A DNA stretch of 64,000 bases, taken from Emiliania huxleyi CCMP1516. Lineage: Eukaryota. The stretch covers positions 809,440 through 873,439 of the forward strand of contig NW_005201792.1 in NCBI RefSeq assembly GCF_000372725.1. The letters are read 5' to 3'. The position numbers and the translations under genes were made by a program. The notes beneath the pieces were generated by a model. The model saw only the letters and a list, made by a program, of their open reading frames with translations. It ran no database searches and was not told the DNA's origin. This document shows positions 1 to 11,602 of this stretch, piece after piece (positions within the stretch are counted from its first letter, which is position 1; the number at the start of each line of letters is the position of its first letter).

Positions 1-348
1 GACGCGGTCGGGCGATCTGAGGTCCAACTAAAGCCGTAGGCGTATGCCGTATGGTATATCGTATATGTGCATTGCCCACCCAGGGCTATCACCTGGACCC
101 ATCAACAGGCGCCTGCGCGGCGCCGTGGTCAGGGGAGGTGTTGTTCACACCTGCCCAACCACTCATGCAGCACAGTAGGAAAAAGCTCTCGAGCATGTGA
201 GCCCTTACAGCACAAAACTGCATGGCCCAATTTTATTCGCCTTATATCTCGCGCCAATCGCCAACTCCATTGACCCCTATACGCGTGTGGTCCGTCTCCT
301 GGGACTCTGACTCGCGCTCTCGCCTCTCCCCCCGCCTCCGCTCGCGCC

Positions 349-2141
349 TCAGCAAGCAATCCCGTTGGACCAACGCTGAAACTCGTCGTAGGCGCGGGTG
401 TAGACGTTGTTGTACGAGAGAGAGACGAGCTGCTCGACTCGCTCGCGCAGCTGCTCCTCTGGAACCTCGAGCATGAGCCTGTCGCGCACCTGTGCGGCGC
501 GGACCAGCGCGGCTGAGGCGTGGGCGGGCGGGGCTGAGGCGCCTGCCGTTCCAATCGCGGCGCGGCGCGCCTGCCGGAGCGGCGTCTCGACCCCGGAGGC
601 GAAGCAGAGCATGTCGGAGCGGTAGCCCGTCATCTCGATCAGGGCGAGCAGCGAGTCGGCGTGTGCGCGCGCCGCCCGCAGCGCAGAGGTGCAGAGGTCG
701 ACGAGCGTCTCGGTGAAGAGCGGCGCAGTGGGGCCGCCCAGCACGCCCACCATCTCTCGGGTGAGCTTGAAGGGCACGGCCGCCTCGAGCGCCGCCCGGC
801 CGCCCGGCGCGCGCCCGAGCACGAACCCAAAGTCGATGTGGATGAGGTGGCCGTCCCGGTCGAGCAGGATGTTGCCGTTGTGCCGGTCCTTGACGCCGAG
901 CAGGTAAGTGGCGATCGAGTAGGCGGCGAGCGAGCTCACAAAGTTGTGGCGGGCGGCGGCGCCGCGAGGCGACGACGCGTCGCCGTAATGGTCGAGAAAG
1001 TGCTCCTCGAGCGAGCCGAAGCGAGGAAGCTTCTTGAGGGCATGCAGCGACTGCGTGTTTGGCGAGAACTCGATCAGGCCCGAGCGCGGGCCCGTCGAGA
1101 GGATGGCGTACGGCCGCAGCCACAGCGGCGCGGGGAAGGCGCGCTCGAGGAGCCGCAGCAGCTGCATCACAAACACCTCTTGCCGCACGTCGTCGTTCGC
1201 CTTGGAGAGGAGCGGCACCAGCGCCCAGCCCGACCGGCGCCCGTGCGGCGAAGCGCGCCGGATCCGCTCAACCTTGTCCGCCCACGGCTCGCCGTACAGC
1301 TGGTCGAGGCTGCCCACCCTGCCAACCTCCTCCCGCGACGCGCGGCCGCCCCGCGCAGCCGCGCCCCCGGCCCCGTCCGCGACCCCCTCCGCGGATCCCG
1401 CCTCGGCGGCCGCCGCCGCCGCCGCGCCGCCCAGCCGCGCCGCGACGTCGCTCGGCGGCGGAGGGGCCTCGTCCTCTGCGTCGGAGCGGCGCATCAGCTG
1501 GTCGAGCCACGTCGGCTGCCTCTGCCGCAGCGCGTCGAAGGTGGTGCCCGACCGCTCGGCTCGCACCGCCTCGAAGAGCTGAGAGAGGCGCCGCCGCCGC
1601 CGGTCGGCGACCACCTCGACGAGGAGGAGCGCCGAGGCGCGCTCGCGCGTCACGAAGACGCCAACCTCGTCGGGCGGGATGCGGACCACGCGCCGGAAGG
1701 GGTCCGACGAGGAGCAGAGGGGCACGTAGGCGAGAGGCGGCACCGCCATGCCTCCGACGAGCGCGGCGAGCTTCAGCCTCGCCGCCTCGCTCGCGGGCCT
1801 GCAAGGGAGGAGGACGCGTCACGGTGAAGGGGGGCTTGCTTCCGCCTCGCTGCGGCGTCGCGCCTCCGCTCGATCTCTGGCAGCCCCGAGCCGGGCGTGT
1901 AGAGCTCCTCCGACAGGGCGGCGAGCGAGCGCACAAAGTCGCGCTGCGCCGTCAGGTAGAGCCACGAGCAGCGCTGCGACGTCGAGAGGTGCGCGGCGCC
2001 GACGGCGGACCACACGCCAACCTCGAGCGGAGGCGGAGGCGGACCGCTGTCGCCCCCGCGCTCAGCATCGGCGGCCGCCCGATCGCTCGCGCCGCCCGCG
2101 GAGCCAATCGTGGCGGCCTCCACGGCCGCCCCAGAGGCAGA

Positions 2142-2193
<52 letters not shown>

Positions 2194-3826
2194 TGCGGCT
2201 GGTGCGGCTGCCCTCTGTGCATCTCTGTAAGCGAAGCGGAGAGCAGGTCGGTGCACTGTGCGATCGAGCCGCTCGCGCCCGGCAGCGGCGGCGAGAGGGG
2301 CGGCAGGCCCGCCGCGGCGCGCAGCACGCGCAGCCACGTCTCTGTCTGCGCGGGCGTCGCCGCGCGGACGCGGATCGCGCGGCGGGAGAAGCGTGCAGAG
2401 AGCTTGATGTACTGGCCGCCAGTGGGCGACTCGCGGAGCTCGACGTGAGCGAGCGAGAGGGGGATGGCGCCGCGCGCGCGCCGGTCGGTCGGCGAGCGGT
2501 AGTAGTAGAGCACAACCTCGCGCAGCGAGAACCAGCTGTTATTATTATTACTACTACTATTATTATGATTATGATTATGATTATGATTACCTCGCGCAGC
2601 GAGAACCAGCGCCGCGTCCACGACTCGCCGCAGCAGCGCCAGACACCCCACGCGTCTCGCGCCTTGCGCTTGAGCAGCCAGCCCTCGAGCACCGCCTCGC
2701 CCTCCTCGGCCGACCGCGGCGAGCGAGCCGCGCCGACCGCCCTCCAGCCCGCGCCACTCGCCGGCCGCAGCGCCGCCGCCCGCTCTCCCGCGCCGCTCCT
2801 CCCCTCTCCCGCACCACTCCTTCCGTCCCCGCTCGCCTCGACGAGCCTCGGCTCCATGCCGCCCGTGAGGTCCATGCTGCTCTTGAGCTCGTCGAGCCAG
2901 CGGCGCACATTGTGCGCGAGTGCGGCCGAGCGGAGCGTGTCGCGGTTGACCATCTGGACGCAGGAGGCGGGGAGAGGGGTGGGGAGAGGAGGGAGTGGAG
3001 GAGCGAGGGAAAGCCTCGAGTCTCTCGTCAAAGTCCACGCCCCGCCCTCCCGACCGACGCGGCCGTGTCACGGCGCGGGGAGGCCCAGGGAGGCCGAGGT
3101 GTCCCGGAAGGGTCTCGGAAGGGTCTCGGAAGTCACCTTTGCGCCGTACACGACGGCCTGTTCGATCCGGTGCAGTAGCGCGGCGCAGCGCGCGTGCACC
3201 TCGGCGTCGCCGGTGGAGACCTGCGGCGGCGAGGGATGGGGCTGCGGCGGCGAGAGGTGCGCGGCAGGGAACGACGCGGCAGCGGGAGCCTCCGGCCGGT
3301 TCTCCTCGAGGCCGCTGTATGCAATCCACGTGAGCTGCAGCGCCCAGTGCACGTTTGACTCGCACACGCGGAGGACGAAGCGCTCGAGCACGGAGGTGAG
3401 GAGCCAGTCCGCCGGCAGACGCGTCGTCAGGTGCGCCAGCTGCGGCAGCAGCGCCTCCAGCTCATCGATCGAGTCGCCGTCGTCGAGCAGAGCAGCGAGG
3501 GTGTCGCAGGTGGTGAGCAGCGTCGCGGGGTCGTCGCGCTGGCGCCAGATCTGGAGGAGGAGGCGCAGCGCGGCCTCGCGTCGCCGCTCCGCCGCCGCCG
3601 CCGCCGAGGCCGCTGACCGCCGCAGCAGCGGCAGCCGCCAGCCTCTGCCGCCCTGGTGCACACTGCCTCCCAGCCGCTCGAGACGCGAGGCGAGCGAGCG
3701 CGAGACCTCGCCCTCAAACTCGGCCGGAGAGCGCCGCCACAAGCGCCGCCACGCCTCCAGCGGCTCTGATGTGGCCGAGCCGACGAGGACGAGCGCGAGC
3801 GAGGTCCACTTCAGCCGACCGATCAT
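349..3826 (-). CDS. Phosphatidylinositol 4-kinase type III beta-like (Pik1-like), multi-exon, with internal PH domain
   Basis: Catalytic motifs KANDDVRQEVFVMQLL, GLIEF, YLLGVKDRHNGNILLDRDGHLIHIDFGF and PFKLTREMV; PIK helical region LPQLAHL...HWALQLTW; PH-like segment VLEGWLLKR...WTRRWFSLREVVLYYY...GAIPL...WLRVLR. The start at MIGRLKW is inferred. Confidence 0.9.
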
Positions 3827-4001
3827 TGTGCTCTCTCGCGCAGCTCGGGGGAAGGGCTGAAGCAGGAATAGAGAAATCCGTGCGACGCTGATCCCGGCTA
3901 ACTTTTTTCTCTGTCGGTTCCACCAAGCCAGCCAGCTGCAGTACTCGCTCAGATACACGCACAACCCCTCACACTGAGCCCACTCAAGCCACGATCCAGC
4001 C

Positions 4002-7000
4002 ATGGCCCAGCTCTTCCTTCTCGTGCTGCTCCTCCTCTCCGGCCCCGCTCGCTCTCGCGATGCGGCGGCCTCTCTCCTCGCTCGAGGCAACGGCCACTAC
4101 CAGCGGGGAGAGCTGGCGCGGGCTGTCGCCGCCTACGAGGCGTGCCTGCAGCTCGAGCCGGGCGGCCTGCCGTCCGCAGCGGCGGACGCGCACTTTGTGC
4201 CATGCGTCATCAACCTCGCCAGCGTTCTTGTCGACCTCGGAGGCCACGAGCAGCGGGCGGAGCAGCTCTACCGTGTCGCGCTGGCGGCGGAGCCGGAGCA
4301 CGCGGACGCTGCCTACAACCTCGCTCTGCTGCTGCACGACCGGAAGACGGAGGAGGCGGTGGAGGAGGCGGCTACGATGTACCGCGTGGCGGCAGAGGCG
4401 GAGCCCGAGCGGTGGGACGCGTGGGCCAACCTCGCCGCGGCGCTCAAGGAGCTGCGGCGGGAGCCGCTCGGCGCGCTGCACGCGTACGAGCGGGCGATCC
4501 TGGTGCTCGAGTCGGCGGAGCAGGCCGGCGGCGGCGAGGGCGGCGGCGAGGGCTCGTACCTCTCCAAGCTGTACTACGGGTACGGGACGCTGCTCGCCGA
4601 CCTCTCGCCCGAGGCGTGCGGCGCTCTCGCGGCGCAGCCGCAGAACTTGCTCCTCGGCACGGCGGAGGGAGGGATGCCGCCGGCGCAGCTCTGCGCGGCG
4701 GCGGCGCAGAACGCGATGCGCACCGCGGCCGCGGTCGACCCAAGCAACGCGCAGGCGCGGCGGGAAGGGGCTGTATCTCGGCTATATCTCGGCTATATCT
4801 CGGGTACATCTCGGGTACATCTCGGGTACATCTCGGGTACATCTCGGCTATATCTCGGCTGTATCTCGGCTGTATCTCGGCTGTATCTCGGGTGCATCTC
4901 GGTTATATCTCGGCTACATCTCGGCTATATCTCGGCTGTATCTCGGCTGTATCTCGGCTGTATCTCGGGTGTATCTCGGGTGTATCTCGGGTGTATCTCG
5001 GGTGTATCTCGGCTGTATCTCTCCCAGGCGGAGCACATGCTCGCTGCGATGATGGGCGAGGGCGGCGCCGGCGGCGCGGGAGAGGGCGCCCCTTCAAAGG
5101 CGGCGCCGGGCTTCGTCGAGGCGAGAGGAGCTCACGCACCCCTCCTCAGCTCCCTCTCCGCTGGACTCGAAGCCGAGAGACTCGGCGCTCTGCCGTCTCA
5201 ACCCCTCCCCCCCCCTCCCTCTCCCTCAGGCGCTCTTCGACGACTTTGCGGACTCGTTCGACCGCGAGCACACCCCCGCGCGCCGGCATGCACCTCCGCC
5301 GCCCGGGGAAGCAGCAGCCCGGATCGCCTACACCGATAGGCAAGCTCACCGAGCTCGAGTACACCGTGCCGGCGATGGCTGGCGCTGCGGTCGACGCCCT
5401 CGCGCGCGGTAGGACAGGCCGCCCCTTCGCCTCCGCTCTTGACGCGGGCTGCGGCACCGGGCTCGCCGGCCCGCACCTGCGGAGGCATGTCTCCGGCCCT
5501 CTCGTCGGCGAGATCCAGCCGAGACCTAGCCGAGATGCAGCCGAGATCTAGCCGAGACCTAGCCGAGATGCAGCCGAGATCTAGCCGAGATCTAGCCGAG
5601 ATCTAGCCGAGGTCTAGCCGACCTGCGGAGGCACGTGGCCGCCCTCTCTCGTCCCGCGCACTTGTCGACCTCGAGGCTCCTCTCCTCTCCCTCTCCCTCT
5701 CCCTCTCCCTCTCCGCACCAGCTGTCGTCCGAGAGCCGTCTCTTCACAGCCCTCCACGCCCCTCCCTCGGCTCAGGCGTCGACCTCTCGACAAAGATGCT
5801 GCGGATTGCCGCGGCCTGCACCCGCTCGGGAGCGCCGCACGCCCTGCGCCTCCCCTCCCCTCCCGCCTCGCACACGCGCTCACACGCCCTCGGCCCCTCC
5901 CCCGCAGATGGCTGCGGCGTGCAGGGCTCTGCGCGTGACCAGCGGCCGCTCTACGACGAGCTCCTCGCGCTCGACCTGGAGACGATGCCCCTGCCCGACC
6001 TGCTCCGAGGCGAGAGAGGGCCGAGATTGGCCGAGATCGGCCGAGGCTGCGGCCTCGAGACTCGAGACAGCCATCGAGCAGACAGCCATCTAGCGGCCAT
6101 CCCAGTCTGCTTGGGGAGGAGTGGGAAGATGCCTCTCCCCTCCCCCCCTCTCCCCCTCGCCTGCCCCTCCCGCCTCCTCCCCTCTCCCCGCCTCTCCTCG
6201 CCCAGCGACCTCCTCCTGCCCCCAGGCGGAGCAGGCTTCGACCTCATCGTCGCGGCTGACGTGCTGGTCTACTTTGGAGAGCTGGGTGAGAGATTCTCAC
6301 CTCCCTTCCCTCCTCCCGCACACACAGACACACCTCCGCACAGCTTTCTCTCCCGTGCGCCGTCGTCTTGCTCTCGCCTAACACCCNNNNNNNNNNNNNN
6401 NNNNNNNNNNNNNNNNNNNNNNNNNNNNNNNNNNNNNNNNNNNNNNNNNNNNNNNNNNNNNNNNNNNNNNNNNNNNNNNNNNNNNNNNNNCCCCCCCCCC
6501 CCCCCTCCAAAAAGGGCCATTGGTGCGCAATTTCGCGCCCCAGAGTGCCGCCGGTGCGCCCGCCCCCCCCCCCCCCCCCGGGGGCATCCGACGCATGGAC
6601 GCACCTCGCCAGCAGCCTCCAGCCCTCTCCCCGGCAGCCTCCAACCCTCCCCAGCGCCCTCTCGCCGCCTCACCGTCTCGCCGCCTCAGGCGCACCGCTC
6701 GTGTTCTCGTGCGAGCGCGCCACCGCCGACGAGGCGGCGGCGGGCTGGAGGCTGCTGCCGTCGGGCCGATTCGCACACACAAAGGAGTATGTGGTGAGGC
6801 GGATGCCTCCACCCCCTCCCCCCGATCACCCCTCGCGCCCACCCCCCACGGTTTCCCGCTGCAGGTGCGCGAGGCGGCCGCGGCGGGCTACCGGCTCATC
6901 GCCTACGAGGAGATGACCCCGCGCGTCGAGAAGGGCGTGCCCGTGCGGGGCCACCTCTTCACGCTCGGGCTCGTTGTCTGGGAGGCGCCGGTGCAGGGCG

Positions 7001-7023
7001 GCGCTACAAAGGAAGAGCTGTGA
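4002..7023 (+). CDS. Signal peptide + TPR repeats + SAM-dependent methyltransferase (COG4976-like), multi-exon, spans an N gap
   Basis: Hydrophobic N-terminus; TPRs (ARGNGHYQRGELARAVAAYEACL, AAYNLALLL, AWANLAAAL); ALFDDFADSFD, LDAGCGTGLAG, FDLIVAADVLVYFGEL, GWRLLPSGRFAHTKEYV. Confidence 0.85.
4771..5021 (+). repeat. Intronic 11-bp tandem repeat (CTCGG[C/G]T[A/G]TAT)n
   Basis: About 22 degenerate units filling a GC-AG intron. Confidence 0.9.
5511..5620 (+). repeat. Intronic 11-bp tandem repeat (CCGAGATCTAG-like)n
   Basis: Visible tandem units; reverse-complement relative of the 4771 repeat. Confidence 0.85.
6387..6490. other. Assembly gap
   Basis: Run of N. Confidence 1.
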
Positions 7024-7230
7024 GGCTCGGACCGAGGCGCGAGAGCGACATGGCGGGCTCTACGGACGTGCGGGCTACAACTCGTGGAGGACATTTTTCT
7101 TTTTTGAGCCGAGCTGTACAATGAGACACGGCGCCCACCGCCCAGCGGCGTGCGAACCCGCGAACCAGACACCGAAAAGAGATTCCACGCCCAACGTAAA
7201 CGCGCCATTAACGATTAGTAGATTGGGGCG

Positions 7231-7620
7231 CTATGACTTTTCCTGCGTGTAGAGGTGCTCCTTGATGAACGCCTGGAAGTCCTCCTGCAGCTTGCCTGCC
7301 GCCTCCGTCACGTGCTTCCGCTTCTCGCTCAGCGCATCGTGATCCTTCTGGCACCGCTCAGCCTTGGTAGTCAGCGAACCCTTGAGCTGGTCGATGGGCG
7401 ACTGGATAAACATCTTCCCGCACTGTTTGTACGCCGCCGTGTCGGGGCCCATCCCCGAAAGCTCCGCCAGTATCAGCTCTGCCTCGCGCCGCTCAGTCGC
7501 AACCTTCCGCATGTTGCCGTCGACCATCGCGAGCTCCTGCCGAGCCTGATTCATGCCCTGCTGCATTTCGCTGAACGACTCCTTGTCCTTCTCGTCCAGC
7601 TCAAGCTGAACCATCGACAT
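7231..7620 (-). CDS. PFDN1: Prefoldin beta-type subunit (subunit 1-like)
   Basis: 129-aa coiled-coil protein with the central hairpin ELSGMGPDTAAYKQCGKMFIQSP. Confidence 0.8.
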   Translation of the reverse strand: MSMVQLELDEKDKESFSEMQQGMNQARQELAMVDGNMRKVATERREAELILAELSGMGPDTAAYKQCGKMFIQSPIDQLKGSLTTKAERCQKDHDALSEKRKHVTEAAGKLQEDFQAFIKEHLYTQEKS

Positions 7621-7689
7621 GGCGAATTTGCGGGCGTTGCGCGCGCAGCACCACCCGAAAAGAAATCGCAAACCCGATCGTCGCGTTCC

Positions 7690-7773
7690 AGAAAGAAAGA
7701 AAGAAAATACACAACCCAAGGGAGGGATGGGAGGACGGCACGCCGCCACCACACAGGGATTTTAAGGAGAGGT
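7690..7773 (-). mobile_element. Family A non-LTR retroelement 3' end, 7-bp TSD GCGTTCC
   Basis: Conserved terminus AAATCCCTGTGTGGTGGCGGCGTGCCGTCCTCCCATCCCTCCC plus (TTTC)n tail; GCGTTCC at 7683-7689 and 7774-7780. Confidence 0.85.
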
Positions 7774-7879
7774 GCGTTCCGTCTGCAACCGGAAAGGATT
7801 CTGGAACTTTGAAACGTAGCGCTCATAAGCCGCGCCGTGAGGGGCAAGGGCGACTAGGCGCCTATATTTGCACCACCCC

Positions 7880-8608
7880 ATGCTCTGCCTCCTCGTCCTT
7901 GCCGCCGGGGCAGTGCCGCCCGAGAAGCTCTCGAGCCGCGAGGTAGAGATGGAGCACAAGGAGAGCGGAGAGCGTCTCTCCGCCGCCGCGGCCAAGCTTT
8001 ACGAGACGCACAAGATGGCCACCCTCAAGTGCGGGGAGGCGGCCGTGCCGGTCCTGAAGGATACCATCCAGGACCTCTTCCCGTCGCCCTCGCCGCCGCC
8101 GCCCCCCTTCACCGCCTCGGGCTTTGGGATGGACATGATCACCTCTGCGCTGACGCTCGACGCATCCAAGGGATCCAAGACGCTGAATGGCGGCGCCAAG
8201 GTTGGGATGCAGATGGGAATGGCCAAGGCCGAGGCTGACCATAGCCTTGCCGGGTCGGCAGCGGTCTTTGCGAGCCACACCATCATTGGGCCGTCGCCGC
8301 CGCCCGCGTTCCCAAACACCAAGTCGAACGCCGAGGCACACAAGGCGGTGTGCGAAGCGGCGCTGGCGGACTCGAAGGAGGCCCGTAAGGCATACGAGCT
8401 TGCGGCAAAGGAGCACGCGGCTGCAACCGCTACCCTCGTCAAAGTCAAAACGGGCTTGGCGCTTACTGCAGAACCCGCCGCGTCGCGAAGCTCTCTGCTT
8501 CAGCCGGTGGGCCTAGCCGCGCTGGGCGCCGCCGCGCTCGCCGTCGCTCTGTGGCTTGCGAACAAGGGCCGCAGCGGGATCGAGGACCCTCACATCCCAC
8601 TCGTGTAG
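7880..8608 (+). CDS. Hypothetical protein, signal peptide and C-terminal transmembrane helix
   Basis: MLCLLVLAAGA N-terminus, PSPSPPPPP linkers, VGLAALGAAALAVALWL; coding-like codon usage. Confidence 0.7.
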   Translation: MLCLLVLAAGAVPPEKLSSREVEMEHKESGERLSAAAAKLYETHKMATLKCGEAAVPVLKDTIQDLFPSPSPPPPPFTASGFGMDMITSALTLDASKGSKTLNGGAKVGMQMGMAKAEADHSLAGSAAVFASHTIIGPSPPPAFPNTKSNAEAHKAVCEAALADSKEARKAYELAAKEHAAATATLVKVKTGLALTAEPAASRSSLLQPVGLAALGAAALAVALWLANKGRSGIEDPHIPLV

Positions 8609-9207
8609 ACCAGGATCGGGCCTGGTGCAGAGTCTTACTCTTCAGTTCGATATTCATCAGTCTGGGGATGTCGAGCCGAAGCCGCGCAGGCGCGTGCCGG
8701 CTTCGAGCAGGCTTCCAGACGGATTGTCCTCTCTCGTGGCCGGCGTTCGCTCGAGTTCGCGGTCCTCTCCCCTCGGTTGACTTTTTGTGAGCCGACTTTT
8801 GTTTAGTTCGTTGACGTTGTGCTTGTGCGTTGTGCGGAGAACCCTATATAGACCAGCAGCCTACCCAATGATGCGAATGTGCGGTAACGGGGAGAGTGCG
8901 GTGCGGACGCTAAAATTTACGGCGGGCGCGCGGGCGGCGCGTCGGTATATGTGCGTGGTGTGTGAGAGCCTGGTGAGATCCGAGCGCAGCCAGGCCGCGG
9001 CCGGCGATATGCCTCTGGCTCTCGTCTGCGCTCTGGGATCACAAGAGTACACCCCTCTACCTAGGGTACCGCCATGCCTATAGGCTCTCGTGTGTTAGAG
9101 CTTTAGACGTTAGAAAGGGCGTGAAGGGTGTGGGGGCGTTTTGGGGCACCGCCAATGCGCGGGCTTATACACACACACACACTTATACGGTGCCACGTCC
9201 CACGAGC

Positions 9208-9388
9208 GCGTTGGTGGTAGTCGTATCCTCACCAGTCACCTTGTGAGCGGAGCCGCTCGTGTCCTAGCTAGCTAGAAGATGCAGGTATGACGTACGTATG
9301 TATTTGAGTATGTAGGATCGCGAGCGTGGGTGGATGAGTGCTCGCAATCGCACAGAGATGCTATCGGTCTATACGAGGAGTGCCGCTC
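9208..9388 (+). repeat. Dispersed repeat, homologous to 22452-23037 without the MITE (empty-site paralogue)
   Basis: Shared blocks TCACCAGTCACCTTG, TGTGAGCGGAGC, GCGAGCGTGGGTG, TCGCACAGAGATGCTA, CGAGGAGTGC. Confidence 0.75.
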
Positions 9389-9547
9389 TGCGGTGTTCAA
9401 GTTCAAATAAGCCCCCCCCCCCCCCCCCCTCGTCGTCGTCGTCCCGTATCTTCCCGTGAGGTGATGATAGTGAAACATGAAGAGTCGGAAGTTGCACGCG
9501 CTGGCGCGGTCTGCAGCAGCCCGCGCCGCCTGCCCGCTGGCACCCCA

Positions 9548-11423
9548 ATGACAGAGCCAATCATTATCGCGCCACCGCCCGTCGCCACACCTGCGTCGGT
9601 CGCATGTGCCGCGTCTTCGACGGATTGCGGCGCGGCCGACGAGCCTGCAGCCGGCTCTGCCCCTGCAAGCACTGGCAGTGCTGGCACGAGCTCTACGCTT
9701 GGTGCGGGGTTCAACGTGCTTTGCACGGTACGGGCCAGCCTTTAGCCAGCAGCACGCTTCAGCAGAGAAAGATGGCTCGGGTGGCCACACACCGATGCCA
9801 CCGCCGCGCAGGTCCTCGGGACGGGGCTGCTGCAGCTGCCATACGGCGTGCGCCAGTCTGGCTGGCTGGGCGTGCCGCTGCTCGCCCTGATGGGTCTAAT
9901 GGCGTGCTACACCGCGAGCGTGCTCGGCGATCTGCTTTTGCTCGTGCAGGCGCATGCTCTCGTCACACCTACGCACGCCCACGCACATTCCACAGTCATG
10001 ATGCGTTTGAGGGCGACACACGGGGCTCTCACTTGGGGACGCTTCCCGCACCGTGTAGGAGCGCAGGACGGCGCGAGAGGAGGCGCTGCTCTCGGCTCCC
10101 GCACCAGCGGCGCCGCTGGCGCCGGTGACATACGGCGACATAGGCATGGCAACCTTTGGGCGGGCCGGCCGGCTGTTTGTGAACGTCCAGATGCACGTGA
10201 CGCTGCTCATGGTGGCGACCATCTACCACCTTCTCGCTGCCCTCAACGTTCACTGGCTCTGCGGGATCGATCCTTTCCTCCTCCTGCACACACGTCCATG
10301 ATAAGTCCGTGACGCGTCCACGGCATGTTCTGTCAGGCTCGACCTGCCGAGCGCTGCGCTCGCTGTTGCGGGGGTCGTGTGGCTCCACGTCTTCCTCAAA
10401 TCGCTCGGCGATCTGGCGGTGCTCTCGTACCTCAACCTGGGCATAAACGTGACGCTGTGCGGCGCTGTCATCGCGCAGACTCTACGGCACCCACCGGCGA
10501 CGTCGCCACAGAGCGACATCGTCGTGCCGGACGCGCTATCGGTCGGAGGGGCGTTTGCGAGCTTTGGCTTCGCGTACGGCTGCCACCCGGTCCTCCCGGA
10601 CGTGCTCAGCAGCATGAGGCGGCCGCGCGAGTTTGGGCGGATGATCAAGGAGCATCCTGCGCGGCAGCCCTCGCCGCGCGCCCTGGCACTTCACAACACA
10701 CGTCCGCGCCCACCCATATGTAGGCTTCCTTTGTCGTGGCCCTCGCCCTGTACGTGCCCCTCGTGATCGTCGCGTACGCCACCTACGGGCGCGGGGTGCA
10801 GTCACCGATGTATGAGACGCCTGAGATCAGCGAGCTGCCCATGATGCGGGTCATCAAGGCGGCAACCATTTTGCCGATGATCTTCACCTACCCCCTCGTG
10901 CTCACTCCGCCAGAGGCGCACGCGCGCACGCACGCACACTGTCTCGTGCATGCCGGACCGTGCACTTGATGGCTGCGGCTCCTCTCCCTGACTCGGACGT
11001 GGGGTGCGGGGTGCCAACTCTCGCCCCACATTTGCGCGGAGCGCGTATTGCATCTTGCCGTAGGCTGCGCTAGAGCGCGTCCTCGGCGTCGACGAGCGCC
11101 CGTGCCCGCGGCTCTGCCGCGTCGGGCTGCGCAGCCTCTTCGTGGTCTTCACCACCGGCGTCGCCATCCTCGTGCGCACCAGAGAGCACTTTGGCCCGTT
11201 GGTGGACCTCGTGTCCTCATGCACTTCGACCTTCACCGCGTTTCTGATGCCTTGCGTCTTTGGCCTCCGCCTGCGCGGCATTGGTGGCGAGCGAGGCGTG
11301 GGACGACTCGAGCTGTGCGTCAACATCTTCGTCATCGTCGCGGCCTCGACGGGGGCAATCTTCGGGACGATACAGGCCGTCGAAGCCCTCTCCGCGCTCG
11401 GGGGAGGGGCGGCGACTCGATGA
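9548..11423 (+). CDS. Amino acid transporter (Aa_trans/AAAP, AVT1-like), multi-exon
   Basis: GFNVLCT/VLGTGLLQLPYGVRQSGWLG, YGDIGMATFGRAGR, FAYGCHPVLPDV, FGPLVDLV...FLMPC. Confidence 0.9.
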
Positions 11424-11602
11424 ATCAGGGGTTGGTTCCGAAAATCTTGTAGCACTGTACGCACATTATCGTACAAAGGAGAAGTTTACTTCGTATGGTA
11501 CCCACCCCCTACATTAATTCTTCGCACGTACATAGACACATACAGCCGACACGAGTGCCAGGGCCACCCCGAAAAAAGTGGTGCTCGCGATCCATTGGCT
11601 GG

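Noticed and set aside
1059..3860. 933-aa + strand ORF and similar long Arg/Ala/Pro-rich ORFs (for example 61623-63575)
   Set aside because: Antisense shadows of real genes in very GC-rich DNA
6491..6580. Apparent frameshifts in a methyltransferase exon
   Set aside because: Low-quality sequence between poly-C runs next to a gap
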